Source: Marimonas arenosa (GTDB lineage Bacteria; Pseudomonadota; Alphaproteobacteria; Rhodobacterales; Rhodobacteraceae). Taken from it: 64,000 bases of DNA. Location of the stretch: NCBI RefSeq assembly GCF_030848945.1, contig NZ_JANHAX010000001.1, forward strand, positions 1,221,103-1,285,102, read 5' to 3'. The translations under genes were made by a program, and so were the position numbers. Each line of letters starts with the position of its first letter. The stretch's first letter is position 1. The notes beneath the pieces were generated by a model that saw nothing but the letters and a program-made list of their open reading frames with translations, did no database searches and was not told the DNA's origin. Shown here piece after piece: positions 37,301-46,461 of the stretch.

Positions 37301-37999
37301 ATGCAGCTTTTTGTCGGCCTCGGAAACCCCGGCGCGAAATACGCGAGGAATCGCCACAATATCGGCTTCCTGGCGGTCGACCGGATTGCCGAAGACCACG
37401 GGTTTCCCCCGTGGCGATCGAAATTCCAGGGCGTGATCACCGAGGGGCGGCTGGGAACCGAGAAGGTGCTCTTGCTGAAACCCGAAACCTTCATGAACCT
37501 TTCGGGTCAGTCAGTGGGCGAGGCGATGCGGTTCTACAAGCTCACCCCTGAGGACGTGGTGGTGTTCCATGACGAACTTGACCTGGCGCCCGGCAAGGTT
37601 CGGGTGAAACAGGGCGGCGGCCATGCCGGCCATAACGGGCTGCGCTCGATCCACGGCCATATCGGGGCGGAATACACGCGTGTCCGGCTGGGTATCGGAC
37701 ATCCAGGTCACAGGGACCGGGTGTCGGCCTACGTGCTGAGCGATTTCGCCAAGGCCGAGCAGGACTGGCTCGACGACGTGCTGCGCGGCGTCTCGGACGG
37801 GGCCACCGACCTGGCGGCGGGCGACAGCGGGCGGTTCATGAACGCAGTGGCGCTCAGGGTGAACCCGCCGCGGTCGTCGGGCGCTGCGAAAACCGCGCCG
37901 GCGTCGCAGCCGCCGGAACCGGCCGCGACACCCGTCGAGCCGGACACCGCGCCGGACGCGCGCTCGCCGTTGCAGAAGCTGGTCGACAAATTCCGCTAA
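37301..37999 (+). CDS. pth: peptidyl-tRNA hydrolase
   Basis: MQLFVGLGNPGAKYARNRHNIGF, the canonical Pth N-terminus. rplY-pth synteny. Ala/Pro-rich C-terminal extension. Confidence 0.9.
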   Translation: MQLFVGLGNPGAKYARNRHNIGFLAVDRIAEDHGFPPWRSKFQGVITEGRLGTEKVLLLKPETFMNLSGQSVGEAMRFYKLTPEDVVVFHDELDLAPGKVRVKQGGGHAGHNGLRSIHGHIGAEYTRVRLGIGHPGHRDRVSAYVLSDFAKAEQDWLDDVLRGVSDGATDLAAGDSGRFMNAVALRVNPPRSSGAAKTAPASQPPEPAATPVEPDTAPDARSPLQKLVDKFR

Positions 38000-38132
38000 C
38001 CTTGGTGGCGGCTTTCCCGTGACTGGCCGGGACTTCACTTCATGGCCTCTGGACACGCTGAAACGGCTGAGTTGCCAAGATAGGCGGTCGCGTGCTTGAC
38101 TGCCGGCAACGGGGTTTTGTTCGGGGCGCGGG

Positions 38133-39299
38133 ATGCGGACGATTGGCAGATGGCTGGGGCGGCTTATGCTGCTGGTGGTGGTTGTGGGCGTGGTGTTCTG
38201 GACCTGGAAACGCGACGAGATCACCCGCGTGATGGCCGTCAACTCTCTGTTTTCAAAAGAAAAAATTGTTCGCAACTTCAGCAACATGAACAGCATGTTC
38301 CACACCCTGCCGATGCGCCGCGGACCGGGGCCCGTCAGCCCACTGCCGAAAACCACGACAATGGTGCCGCCCGAAGGGTTCGACCGCTGGCTGCAGGATC
38401 GCGCCGTAACCGCGCTGATCGTGATGAAGGACGGTGCGATCCGGCATGAGAGCTATCACCTCGGCACCGGCCCGGAAGACCGGCGGATTTCCTGGTCGGT
38501 GGCGAAGAGTTTTCTCTCGGCGCTTTTCGGCATCGTGCTGGACGAAGGCGCGATCGCCTCGCTGGACGACCCGGTCACGAAATATGCCCCCGGCCTGGCC
38601 GGGTCGGCCTATGACAAGGCGAGCATCCGCAACGTGTTGCAGATGTCGAGCGGTATCACCTTCAACGAAGACTATCTGGATTTCTGGAGCGATATCAACA
38701 GAATGGGCCGGGTAATCGCGCTCGGCGCCTCGATGGACGGCTTCACCGAGGCGCTGACCGAATCCCAAAGCCGGCCGGGCGAGGCCTGGCAGTATGTCTC
38801 GATCGACACCCACGTGATCGGCATGGTGATCCGGGGCGCCACCGGGCGGCGCATCCCCGAGCTGATGCAGGACAAGCTGATCGATTTCATGGGGTTCGAG
38901 GCGGATCCCTATTTCGTTGCTGACGGCTACGAGACCGCCTTCGTGCTGGGCGGGCTGAACCTGACCACCCGCGACTATGCCCGCTTCGGTCAGATGGTGC
39001 TGCAGGGCGGCGTCTGGCAAGGGCGGCAGGTGGTGCCCGCGGACTGGCTGGAAGTCTCGACCACTCCCTCGGCCCGGACCCCGGCCGAGGCGGAACAATA
39101 CGGCTATCAATGGTGGATGCCGAAAGACGCGCGCAACGGCGAGGTCTATGCCCGTGGAATTTATGGCCAGTACATTTATGTCGACCGTGCCCATGGCGTG
39201 GTGATCGCCGCCAACGGGGCCGACAGAAGGTTTCGCGATCCGGGCGCGCATGACAGCAATATCGCGATGTTCCGCAAGCTGACGGAGGCGGTGCAATGA
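38133..39299 (+). CDS. serine hydrolase, beta-lactamase/transpeptidase-like family, with N-terminal membrane anchor
   Basis: SWSVAKS (SxxK) active-site motif. N-terminal TM helix LMLLVVVVGVVFW. 388 aa. Confidence 0.7.
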   Translation: MRTIGRWLGRLMLLVVVVGVVFWTWKRDEITRVMAVNSLFSKEKIVRNFSNMNSMFHTLPMRRGPGPVSPLPKTTTMVPPEGFDRWLQDRAVTALIVMKDGAIRHESYHLGTGPEDRRISWSVAKSFLSALFGIVLDEGAIASLDDPVTKYAPGLAGSAYDKASIRNVLQMSSGITFNEDYLDFWSDINRMGRVIALGASMDGFTEALTESQSRPGEAWQYVSIDTHVIGMVIRGATGRRIPELMQDKLIDFMGFEADPYFVADGYETAFVLGGLNLTTRDYARFGQMVLQGGVWQGRQVVPADWLEVSTTPSARTPAEAEQYGYQWWMPKDARNGEVYARGIYGQYIYVDRAHGVVIAANGADRRFRDPGAHDSNIAMFRKLTEAVQ

Positions 39300-39673
39300 A
39301 AGCTGAGCCCGAAAAACCCGTGAACGTGCTGGGCGGAGTGTTGGCGCCGTGCTCGCGCGAGCCGCTGACCGGGTATTTCCGTGACGGGTTTTGCAACACC
39401 TGCGACACCGATTTCGGCAGCCACACGGTGTGCTGCATCATGACCGCCGAGTTCCTGGCCTACGAGAAATACGTTGGTAACGACCTCACCACGCCGCGGC
39501 CGGAATGGGGGTTTCCCGGCTTGAGGCCAGGCGATCAGTGGTGCGTCTGCGCAGGGCGGTTCCTGCAGGCAGCGGATGAAGGCTGCGGGCCGCAAGTGCG
39601 GCTGGCGGCTACACACGCACGGGCGCTCGAGGTGGTGCCGATGGACGTGCTGCAGGCGCATGCGGTCGAATAA
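39296..39673 (+). CDS. conserved Cys-rich small protein (DUF2237-like)
   Basis: 125 aa. ATGA overlap with the hydrolase stop. 10 Cys, including CNTCDTDFGSHTVCC and CVC. Confidence 0.5.
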   Translation: MKAEPEKPVNVLGGVLAPCSREPLTGYFRDGFCNTCDTDFGSHTVCCIMTAEFLAYEKYVGNDLTTPRPEWGFPGLRPGDQWCVCAGRFLQAADEGCGPQVRLAATHARALEVVPMDVLQAHAVE

Positions 39674-39905
39674 GGTCTGCGCCGGGCGTGGGCTTTTCCG
39701 GCCCATGCCCGGAACAGCCGCGAAGCGGCCCGGGCAGCGCCATGTCGGACGCGGCTGAGCCATAAATCGAAGACCACAGATCCGGCAACGCCCATCCGCG
39801 GTCGGGCAATGCCCTCTGACCCGCATTACAAACACCGCAGTTGATTTCACCCAACCCCGCCACAAATGAACCGGCCCGGGAGTTTCCCCCCGGGCCGGTT
39901 CTTTT

Positions 39906-41054
39906 TCAGTCCCGCAGTTTCACCAGATCGGTCAGCAGGCCTTCGGTACCGTTGTGCACGGTCAGCCGTTCGACCTTGCCGGCGATGGCCTCCAGAGCTT
40001 CCAGCTCTTTCAGCCGCAGCATCACCGGGTTCTCGGCCATCACCTTGGCGGTGTTCAGAAGCGAACGGGTCGCGTTCGTTTCTTCCCGGCGCCGGATGAC
40101 ATTGGCCTCGGCCGCTTTCTCAGCCGCGACCACCGAGGTCAGGATCTCGCGCATCTCGCCGGGCAGGATCACGTCCTTGAGCGCGATCTCTCCCACCTCG
40201 ATGCCGATCCCGGCCATCTCGGCACGGACCTTCTCGGCGGCCTCGACGTCGACCGTGACCTTGTCCGCCAGCAGCCGGTCGAGCGTCAGCGCCCCCAGCG
40301 TCTTGCGGAAGGCCAGGGCCAGCGACCGGTGCAGGGCTTCTTCGAAGTCCTTCACCGCCGTGGTGGCCTTGACCGGATCGGTGACCCGAAAGCTCGCCGT
40401 CAGGTTGACACGGATGGTCACGCGGTCCTTGGTCAGTATCTCGTGGCCGGTCACCTCATGGGTGCGGTGACGCAGGTCAACCCGCTTGACCGCCACGTGG
40501 CGGCCGAGCTTCCAGAACCCGTGGGTCCCGGGCGACAGTTCCGCCAGCCGCACCCCGTCGACGCTCAGAAGGCCGACATGGCCCTCCTCGACCTCGACGG
40601 TGTTGAAGCCAGCGGTCAGCCCGACCCGCACCAGCCGGCGCATCAGCGCGGGCGGCACGGTCAGCCGCTCGTCCACGGCGTGGCGCTCGGCCTCCCACGG
40701 GCCCGCGTCAATCCAGACGACCGCCCGGGTTTCGGGCAGAAGCACCTCGTGCGGGCGGTCGTCGCGGTGCAGGATCACGACCTCGCCGGGCGCGGCCCGT
40801 ACTTCCGTCAGATGCGACTCGGCCAGCTCCGGACGGGTCCGGAACAGCGCCCGTTCATAGGGCGACACGAAACGGAGACGGTTCAGATCGTGGACCTCGC
40901 GCACGACATTACGCCGCTTGATCCGGTGCTCGCCGGGGCCGAGGATCGCGTCGATCCGCCCGTCGCGCAGCACCAGCATACGCTCGGTTTCCATGATGGT
41001 GACGCGGGCATGCCCGGTCAGCCGGTCGATCAGTCGATGTACGATATGTACCAT
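39906..41054 (-). CDS. SPFH/band-7 (stomatin-prohibitin-like) domain protein
   Basis: 382 aa. Central SPFH-type region with coiled-coil segment EAAEKVRAEMAGIGIEV...VVAAEKAAEANVIRRREE. Call is at family level only. Confidence 0.55.
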   Translation of the reverse strand: MVHIVHRLIDRLTGHARVTIMETERMLVLRDGRIDAILGPGEHRIKRRNVVREVHDLNRLRFVSPYERALFRTRPELAESHLTEVRAAPGEVVILHRDDRPHEVLLPETRAVVWIDAGPWEAERHAVDERLTVPPALMRRLVRVGLTAGFNTVEVEEGHVGLLSVDGVRLAELSPGTHGFWKLGRHVAVKRVDLRHRTHEVTGHEILTKDRVTIRVNLTASFRVTDPVKATTAVKDFEEALHRSLALAFRKTLGALTLDRLLADKVTVDVEAAEKVRAEMAGIGIEVGEIALKDVILPGEMREILTSVVAAEKAAEANVIRRREETNATRSLLNTAKVMAENPVMLRLKELEALEAIAGKVERLTVHNGTEGLLTDLVKLRD

Positions 41055-41463
41055 GTTTCGTCTCCTTTTCGTCTCGTCCTATCGTCGTCGCAATGTGCGA
41101 TCTCCTTTTGGTTTCAGTTGGTTGCACCCGGATGGGTGACAGGTGTGATGCCCCGCTGCCAGGGCGTTGGAAAGGCGCCGGGGCCGCCCCGCGCCATGAC
41201 CGTGCGCGGGAGAGCGGCGAGAGGGGCCGCAGAGGATCGGCGCGTGGGGGGCGTGTTGGCACACACCGCCACGGGACGAAGCCCGGCGGAACCGTCATCC
41301 CCTGCTCCGGCACAGGGCCAGAGCAGCGGCGGGACCGTTGCCGTTTGCCCCCCGCAGGGCGCGCCCGGCGTCAGAGCCACCCCTGCTGGGGCAACCCCGG
41401 AACCCGATTTGTGGACCGCTTTCGCGGACCGGCTTAAAAGGCCGGTGCTCTTTCGAGCGTTTG

Positions 41464-41548
41464 ATTGAATGACGGGACTCGAACCCGCACGTCCTCTTCA
41501 GGACACATCGTCCTAAACGATGCGCGTCAACCATTTCGCCACATTCAG
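41464..41548 (-). tRNA. tRNA-Leu (anticodon TAG)
   Basis: Minus-strand sequence CTGAATGTGGCGAAATGGTTGACGCGCATCGTTTAGGACGATG...GCGGGTTCGAGTCCCGTCATTCAA. Anticodon loop TTTAGGA. Long variable arm typical of Leu. C1/A72 mismatch noted. Confidence 0.8.
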
Positions 41549-41550
41549 TA

Positions 41551-41622
41551 GTGCTAGGGAGGGATTCGAACCCCCAACCAACAGATTCTAAGTCTGCTGC
41601 TCTACCCTTGAGCTACAAAGCC
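41551..41622 (-). pseudogene. degenerate tRNA-like sequence immediately 5' of tRNA-Leu
   Basis: 72 nt with good D arm (TAGCTCAAGGGTAGAGCA), anticodon arm (GCAGA-CTTAGAA-TCTGT) and T arm (GGGGGTTCGAATCCCTC). The acceptor halves GGCTTTG and CCTAGCA pair at only 4 of 7 positions. The anticodon reads TAG inside a short-variable-arm, Lys-like body. Confidence 0.5.
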
Positions 41623-41916
41623 TTGTCCAACCATCGCATCGCGGCCCTGGCATACGGGATCGGCAGCGCCGCCCGCACCGGGGGAGTGTGCACCTCCGCC
41701 CGCTAGGGTCCGGTCCGCTCGGGCCGGGAGCGCTGGATAGTCCGGCGCGATGGATTCGCTCAACCGGGCGCGATGTTAGCGGAAACAAGCGTGATGCGCC
41801 CGCAACAATATTTCACATCTGCGCAACTTTAGAGACGGAAACGGCACTGTTTCGGCCAGGTTGCCCGGTTCCTGTCTGTCCTCGCTTTCAGGAAATTTCA
41901 AAATCCGTCCGGCCGG

Positions 41917-42444
41917 TCAGCCAGTTGCACGGGGGCGTGGCGGGTTTGTCTGCTGCGGCAGGAGACCGTCACCCATCAGATCCTCGATGAACAGGCTCAG
42001 AAGTTGCGGCCGTCCCGACACGCCGGCCTTGCGGTAAATCGCGTTGGTCTGGGCCTTGACGGTTCCTTCCGAGGTGCCGCGCAGCGCAGCGATATCAGCG
42101 ACCGACAGGCCCTTGATCGAAAACAGCGCCACGTCGCGCTCGGCCGGGGTCAGGCTCCAGTCGTCGAAATGTTCTTCCAGAAGTTCCATGAACGCGCCTG
42201 AGGCGGCACGCAGTTGCTGTTCGGCGCGATGGGTTCGGGCCCAGGTGCGACGGAAGGCCACCCAACCCAGCACCACGCCGAGGATGAGGCCCAAGGCCGC
42301 GCCGATTTCAAGAAACTCGCGGGTCTGCCAACTGATCGGATGCGCCCGGATGCCCAGCACGGAGAGCACGATATCGGACACGAAGAAAACCGCGCAGACC
42401 GCCTGGATGATAACGATTGTGATGACGAGGCTAGTATTGGGCAC
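41917..42444 (-). CDS. membrane-anchored LuxR-family transcriptional regulator
   Basis: Two N-terminal TM helices. C-terminal GerE/LuxR HTH LTPAERDVALFSIKGLSVADIAALRGTSEGTVKAQTNAIYRKAGV. 175 aa. Confidence 0.75.
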   Translation of the reverse strand: MPNTSLVITIVIIQAVCAVFFVSDIVLSVLGIRAHPISWQTREFLEIGAALGLILGVVLGWVAFRRTWARTHRAEQQLRAASGAFMELLEEHFDDWSLTPAERDVALFSIKGLSVADIAALRGTSEGTVKAQTNAIYRKAGVSGRPQLLSLFIEDLMGDGLLPQQTNPPRPRATG

Positions 42445-42482
42445 GGATCACTCCCTTCTCGCGCCCGCCCCGAAGACGCCGA

Positions 42483-43022
42483 TCAATCGTCACCACTGTC
42501 CCCTTCGCCTTCGCCTTCTCCTTCTCCTTCGCCCTCGCCTTCGCCGTCTCCTTCTCCTTCGCCGTCCCCTTCGCCTTCGCCGTCCCCTTCGCCTTCGCTG
42601 TCCCCTTCGCCTTGGCTGTCACTCTCACCGGCCCCGTCGCTCGAATCGTCCCCGTCGCCTTCGGCCGCCTCGCCCGTGCTGTCCTCCGCCTCGTCCTCGC
42701 TGTCCGGCGACTTGGCGACAGCGCCGGTATCCCGCGCCGGACCGAGGATGGTTGGTTGCTTGCGGTCTTTCGTCAGATTTTTTGCGTAATCGCGCAGAAT
42801 TTCCCCGGTGCGTGGGTTGACGATGATTTCGCGCTTGCTGCCTTTGCCTGTGGCTTCGAAACGGACACGACCGAGGAAGGTACGCGAAATCACGATATGC
42901 GTGTAGCCCTGGTCCTTGAGTTGAGCCACAATGGAATTGGTCAGTTGGTCGGCCGACGCCGGCAGGGCCGTCCCCAGGGCAACGGCCAGACACACCATCA
43001 GGAATTTGAGCCTATTCAACAT
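42483..43022 (-). CDS. secreted PepSY-like domain protein with acidic (GEGD)n low-complexity tail
   Basis: Signal peptide MLNRLKFLMVCLAVALGTALPASA. GYTHIVISRTFLGRVRFEATGKGSKREIIVNPRTGEILRD resembles a PepSY fold. C-terminal 70 aa are Asp/Glu/Gly repeats. Confidence 0.55.
   Translation of the reverse strand: MLNRLKFLMVCLAVALGTALPASADQLTNSIVAQLKDQGYTHIVISRTFLGRVRFEATGKGSKREIIVNPRTGEILRDYAKNLTKDRKQPTILGPARDTGAVAKSPDSEDEAEDSTGEAAEGDGDDSSDGAGESDSQGEGDSEGEGDGEGEGDGEGEGDGEGEGEGEGEGEGEGDSGDD
42486..42640. repeat. coding tandem repeat (6/12-nt units encoding GEGD/GEGE)
   Basis: Plus strand ccttcgcc/ttctcc units are iterated. The other reading frames give SPSP and RLRR repeats, which explains the spurious overlapping ORFs. 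Confidence 0.7.
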
Positions 43023-43110
43023 CGCTCTCCAACTGCACAGAACCCGGCCCGGAGTCCGGGCCGGGTGGTTTCGCCAGTCTCACCCTTTTCAGCGAGATTT
43101 CAAGCAAGGC

Positions 43111-43596
43111 TCAGTCGTCGCCGCCGTCGCCCTCGCCGCCTTCGCCGTCGCCTTCACCTTCGCCTTCACCTTCACCTTCGCCGTCGCCGTCGCCTTCGCC
43201 GTCGCCTTCGCCGTCACCTCCACCTTCGCCATGTCCGTCATGGCCTTCGCCGTGATCATCCTCTCCGCGGTCGTCAGCGTGGTCGTCAGAGTGGTCTTCA
43301 CCATGGTCATCGTTGGCGTCATGACCAGGCCCGTCATCGTCTGACCCGCTGCTGGAGTCGGTGTTGCCGTGTTCCCGGTGATCATCCTCGTTCTGTTCGT
43401 AGGAATCGCGCTCGGCCATTTCAATCCCGCCCTGCCAGGACGGGGTCTGATCCGACCGGATCGCCGTTTCGGTCTTCAGCTGCGGGGAAACGGTAAAGCC
43501 AGGATCCGTGGGGCCGGTTTCGATCGAGGCCGGGGTCAGCGCCTGTGCGGCACCGGCAAAAGCCGAGACTGTGAGCAGCGTAAACGTGGTTTTCAT
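43111..43596 (-). CDS. secreted acidic His/Asp-rich protein with (GEGD)n tail, possible metal binding
   Basis: Start at MKTTFTLLTVSAFAGAAQA (AAGGA SD). Middle region HGEDHSDDHADDRGEDDHGEGHDGHGEG. C-terminal GDGEGDGEGEGEGEGDGEGGEGDGGDD. The track ORF has a 42-codon spurious extension. Confidence 0.6.
   Translation of the reverse strand: MKTTFTLLTVSAFAGAAQALTPASIETGPTDPGFTVSPQLKTETAIRSDQTPSWQGGIEMAERDSYEQNEDDHREHGNTDSSSGSDDDGPGHDANDDHGEDHSDDHADDRGEDDHGEGHDGHGEGGGDGEGDGEGDGDGEGEGEGEGEGDGEGGEGDGGDD
43114..43215. repeat. coding tandem repeat (GEGD units), second copy of the motif family seen at 42486-42640
   Basis: gccttcgcc/gtcgcc hexamer units repeated about 15 times. Confidence 0.65.
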
Positions 43597-43776
43597 TGGA
43601 GTATCCTTTCCATGTAATGCACCGGTTAGAACCGGCACCTGCCCCCAAGAATGACTGCAGCGATGTGCAGGGCCATGAACCACGGGTTTATCCCCCGGCG
43701 CCATATGCGCCGGGTTGATCACGCTAAACTCGGGTTTATTCGCTGTGAATCAGCACGCCGGCCCGCGGGCCGGTCG

Positions 43777-43950
43777 CTAGTCCATTTCGCGGCCTTCGGT
43801 ATCCGACATGTCGAAGCCCAAGTGCTTGGCCACGGTGAAGATATCCTTGTCGCCGCGGCCGCACATGTTCATCACGATGATGTGGTCGCTGGGCAGACCG
43901 GGGGCGATCTTCATCACATGCGCCAGCGCGCGGCAGAACTCGAGTTCTTC
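43777..43950 (-). pseudogene. trpB 3'-end fragment (diverged duplicate of the last ~50 codons of tryptophan synthase beta)
   Basis: Translates to [50 protein letters not shown]. Compare the full trpB C-terminus [50 protein letters not shown]. Roughly 85-88% nt identity over about 140 bp against 44829-44970. No upstream trpB body. Confidence 0.75.
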
Positions 43951-43991
43951 GGTATGTCCGACCGCAAGCGCGGTCCATCGTGACTGCTCCG

Positions 43992-44822
43992 CTAGGACAG
44001 TTCTCCAGTCCAGTCGCAGGTCGCACATCCGATGCCCGACCGCCAGAATCTCGCCAATGCCGCGGTGATCGGATCGGCACGTTTTGCCAATAGGACCCGC
44101 AGGCAATCAAGTGCCGGATCGGAAAGAACGCGCGGCACGGCAAAGCCGGCGGCGTGGTCAGGCGCACCCTGTTTCCAATCAATTAGGCTCACGTCCTCCA
44201 CGATCATTCCACCGTAATCATTTTGGCTCACGTCGTCATAATAGGCGATGCGGTCTCCGAACAGAATCCATTCGTGCAGCCTGCCGCAACTATCACACAC
44301 GAACGATCCGTTTTCGCGACACAGGATAAAACTCGCCAAATCATCAAACCCGTGAGCCGCGAGAAAACCTGCAGCATGATGGTAGGCCGACTCATCTTCT
44401 TCCTCGAGGAAGGCGATTTCTTCCAACTCAGCGATCCTAGGAAACAGCGCCAAAGCTTCGGGTAGAATGCTTTCCAACCCCTTGTTTTTCCACTGCGCAG
44501 GGTTCTCTGTCCACGGCGTGTCAAACATTCCACCACAAACGTGAATTGGTTGTTGGGCGACATGCCCGACATAACCCAGGAATCCAGCTATGTCGCGCCG
44601 GGGCTTGCCAGTCAAATCGCCGCCAAGGGCAACAATATGAGGTAATGCAGCGAAGGTCGCAGGATAAAGAGTATCTTGATGACAGAGACAGGACCAAAAA
44701 AGGTCATTAGCCTCCTCAGCGTCCCATTGTTCTGTCAACCTGGCAATTCGTTGACCGGTCTCTGTGTGGCCATACGCGTCGGGCAAAGTGCCCCAAGCTG
44801 GATCGTCCAAGGCAAGTGGCAT
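43992..44822 (-). CDS. hypothetical protein (276 aa), low GC, occupying the trpA position
   Basis: ATG lies 3 nt after the trpB stop (TAA cgc ATG). GC visibly lower than flanks. Cys-containing, no recognisable family. Lies between the full trpB and the trpB fragment. Confidence 0.55.
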   Translation of the reverse strand: MPLALDDPAWGTLPDAYGHTETGQRIARLTEQWDAEEANDLFWSCLCHQDTLYPATFAALPHIVALGGDLTGKPRRDIAGFLGYVGHVAQQPIHVCGGMFDTPWTENPAQWKNKGLESILPEALALFPRIAELEEIAFLEEEDESAYHHAAGFLAAHGFDDLASFILCRENGSFVCDSCGRLHEWILFGDRIAYYDDVSQNDYGGMIVEDVSLIDWKQGAPDHAAGFAVPRVLSDPALDCLRVLLAKRADPITAALARFWRSGIGCATCDWTGELS

Positions 44823-44825
44823 GCG

Positions 44826-46079
44826 TTACCCCACCTCGCGCCCTTCGGTATCGGACATGTCGAAGCCCAGATGTTTGGCCACCGTCTGCACGTCCTTGTC
44901 CCCACGGCCGCACATGTTCATGACGATGATGTGGTCGCTCGGCAGATCCGGGGCGATCTTCATCACGTGGGCCAGCGCGTGGCACGGCTCGAGCGCGGGA
45001 ATGATGCCCTCGGTCGAACAGGACAGCTGGAACGCCTCAAGCGCCTCCTTGTCGGTGATGCTGACATACTCGGCGCGGCCGGTTTCATGCAGCCAGGAAT
45101 GCTCCGGCCCGATGCCCGGATAGTCGAGACCGGCCGAAATCGAGAAGCCTTCGAGGATCTGGCCGTCATCGTCCTGCAGAAGGTAGGTGCGGTTGCCGTG
45201 CAGCACGCCGGGCCGCCCGCCGGTCAGCGAGGCGCAGTGCTGCATCTTTTCATCGACGCCCTTGCCGCCAGCCTCGACGCCGATGATCCGCACCGACGGA
45301 TCGTCGAGGAACGGAAAAAACAGGCCCATCGCGTTCGAGCCGCCGCCGATGGCGGCGATCACGGTGTCCGGCAGGCGGCCTTCGCCTTCCTGCTCGGCCA
45401 GTTGCCAGCGTACCTCCTTGCCGATGATCGACTGGAAATCACGCACCATCGCCGGGTAAGGGTGCGGACCGGCCACCGTGCCGATACAGTAGAACGTGTC
45501 GCGCACATTGGTGACCCAGTCCCTGAGCGCGTCGTTCATCGCGTCCTTCAGCGTGCCGCGACCGGAGGTCACCGGGATCACCTCGGCGCCCAGAAGGCGC
45601 ATGCGGAAGACGTTGGGCGCCTGGCGCTCGACATCGTGCTTGCCCATGTAGACCACGCATTTCAGCCCGAACTTGGCGCAGACGGTGGCGGTGGCCACAC
45701 CATGCTGGCCGGCGCCGGTTTCGGCGATGATCCGGGTCTTGCCCATGCGTCGGGCGAGGATGATCTGGCCCAGCACGTTGTTGATCTTGTGGGCGCCGGT
45801 ATGGTTGAGCTCGTCGCGCTTGAGATAGATCTTTGCGCCGCCGAGATGCTCGGTCAGGCGCTCGGCGAAATAGAGCGGGCTGGGTCGGCCGACATAGTGC
45901 TTCCAGAGATCGTCCATCTCGGCCCAGAAACTTGGGTCGTCCTTGGCCCTGTCATATTCGGCCTCGAGCTCGAGGATCAGCGGCATCAGCGTCTCGCTGA
46001 CGAAGCGCCCGCCGAACTTGCCGAACCGGCCCTTCTCGTCGGGTCCGTTCATGAAGCTGTTGAAAAGATCGTCGGCCAT
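44826..46079 (-). CDS. trpB: tryptophan synthase beta chain
   Basis: [35 protein letters not shown]...HTGAHKINN (PLP lysine)...GGGSNAMG. 417 aa. The track ORF carries a 44-codon extension. Confidence 0.9.
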   Translation of the reverse strand: MADDLFNSFMNGPDEKGRFGKFGGRFVSETLMPLILELEAEYDRAKDDPSFWAEMDDLWKHYVGRPSPLYFAERLTEHLGGAKIYLKRDELNHTGAHKINNVLGQIILARRMGKTRIIAETGAGQHGVATATVCAKFGLKCVVYMGKHDVERQAPNVFRMRLLGAEVIPVTSGRGTLKDAMNDALRDWVTNVRDTFYCIGTVAGPHPYPAMVRDFQSIIGKEVRWQLAEQEGEGRLPDTVIAAIGGGSNAMGLFFPFLDDPSVRIIGVEAGGKGVDEKMQHCASLTGGRPGVLHGNRTYLLQDDDGQILEGFSISAGLDYPGIGPEHSWLHETGRAEYVSITDKEALEAFQLSCSTEGIIPALEPCHALAHVMKIAPDLPSDHIIVMNMCGRGDKDVQTVAKHLGFDMSDTEGREVG

Positions 46080-46461
46080 GATGGTGCCTCCCAATTGCTT
46101 GGGGCCGGTGTAATCGCAAGAAAGGTCAGGAGCAATAGAAGCCGAAACGCCAGTGGCGCGAATGCGAAGGCGCGCGTCAGGCGGCCGCCCGCATGGGCGC
46201 GGCCCAAACACGACGAATGGGTTCGGCCGCAGCAGACGATGATATGGTAACCGTTTTCCGGCGCCTGCCGACCGCGTCGTGCCACCTCGGCCGGAAAGAC
46301 GTCGCGACCGACGGGGCGTTCTGCATCCCGGACCTGGCGCTTGATGACACCTCCACGGATGGCATCGCGCGAGGAAAACACGTCACGCATCCAGTTCTGG
46401 TGCAACGGTCGCGTGCGGCTGCGTCATGCGCGCAAGATGAGCGATCCCGGTTTACGCTCCG

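Noticed and set aside
34309-37494. 1061-aa minus-strand ORF
   Set aside because: Runs antisense across four well-supported plus-strand genes (lldD-like, sulfotransferase, rplY, pth). GC-rich genomes produce long stop-free antisense frames.
39954-41468. 504-aa plus-strand ORF
   Set aside because: Antisense of the SPFH-domain gene, extending into intergenic DNA. No motifs.
42044-42820. ORFs encoding SPSPSP and LRLRR repeats
   Set aside because: Alternate-frame and antisense readings of the (GEGD)n coding repeat of the PepSY-like gene.
42486-43215. Possible CRISPR array because of short tandem repeats
   Set aside because: The repeats are 6-12 nt with no spacers. They lie inside ORFs encoding acidic tails. 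There are no cas genes, so this is not CRISPR.
44676-46250. 524-aa plus-strand ORF
   Set aside because: Antisense of trpB.
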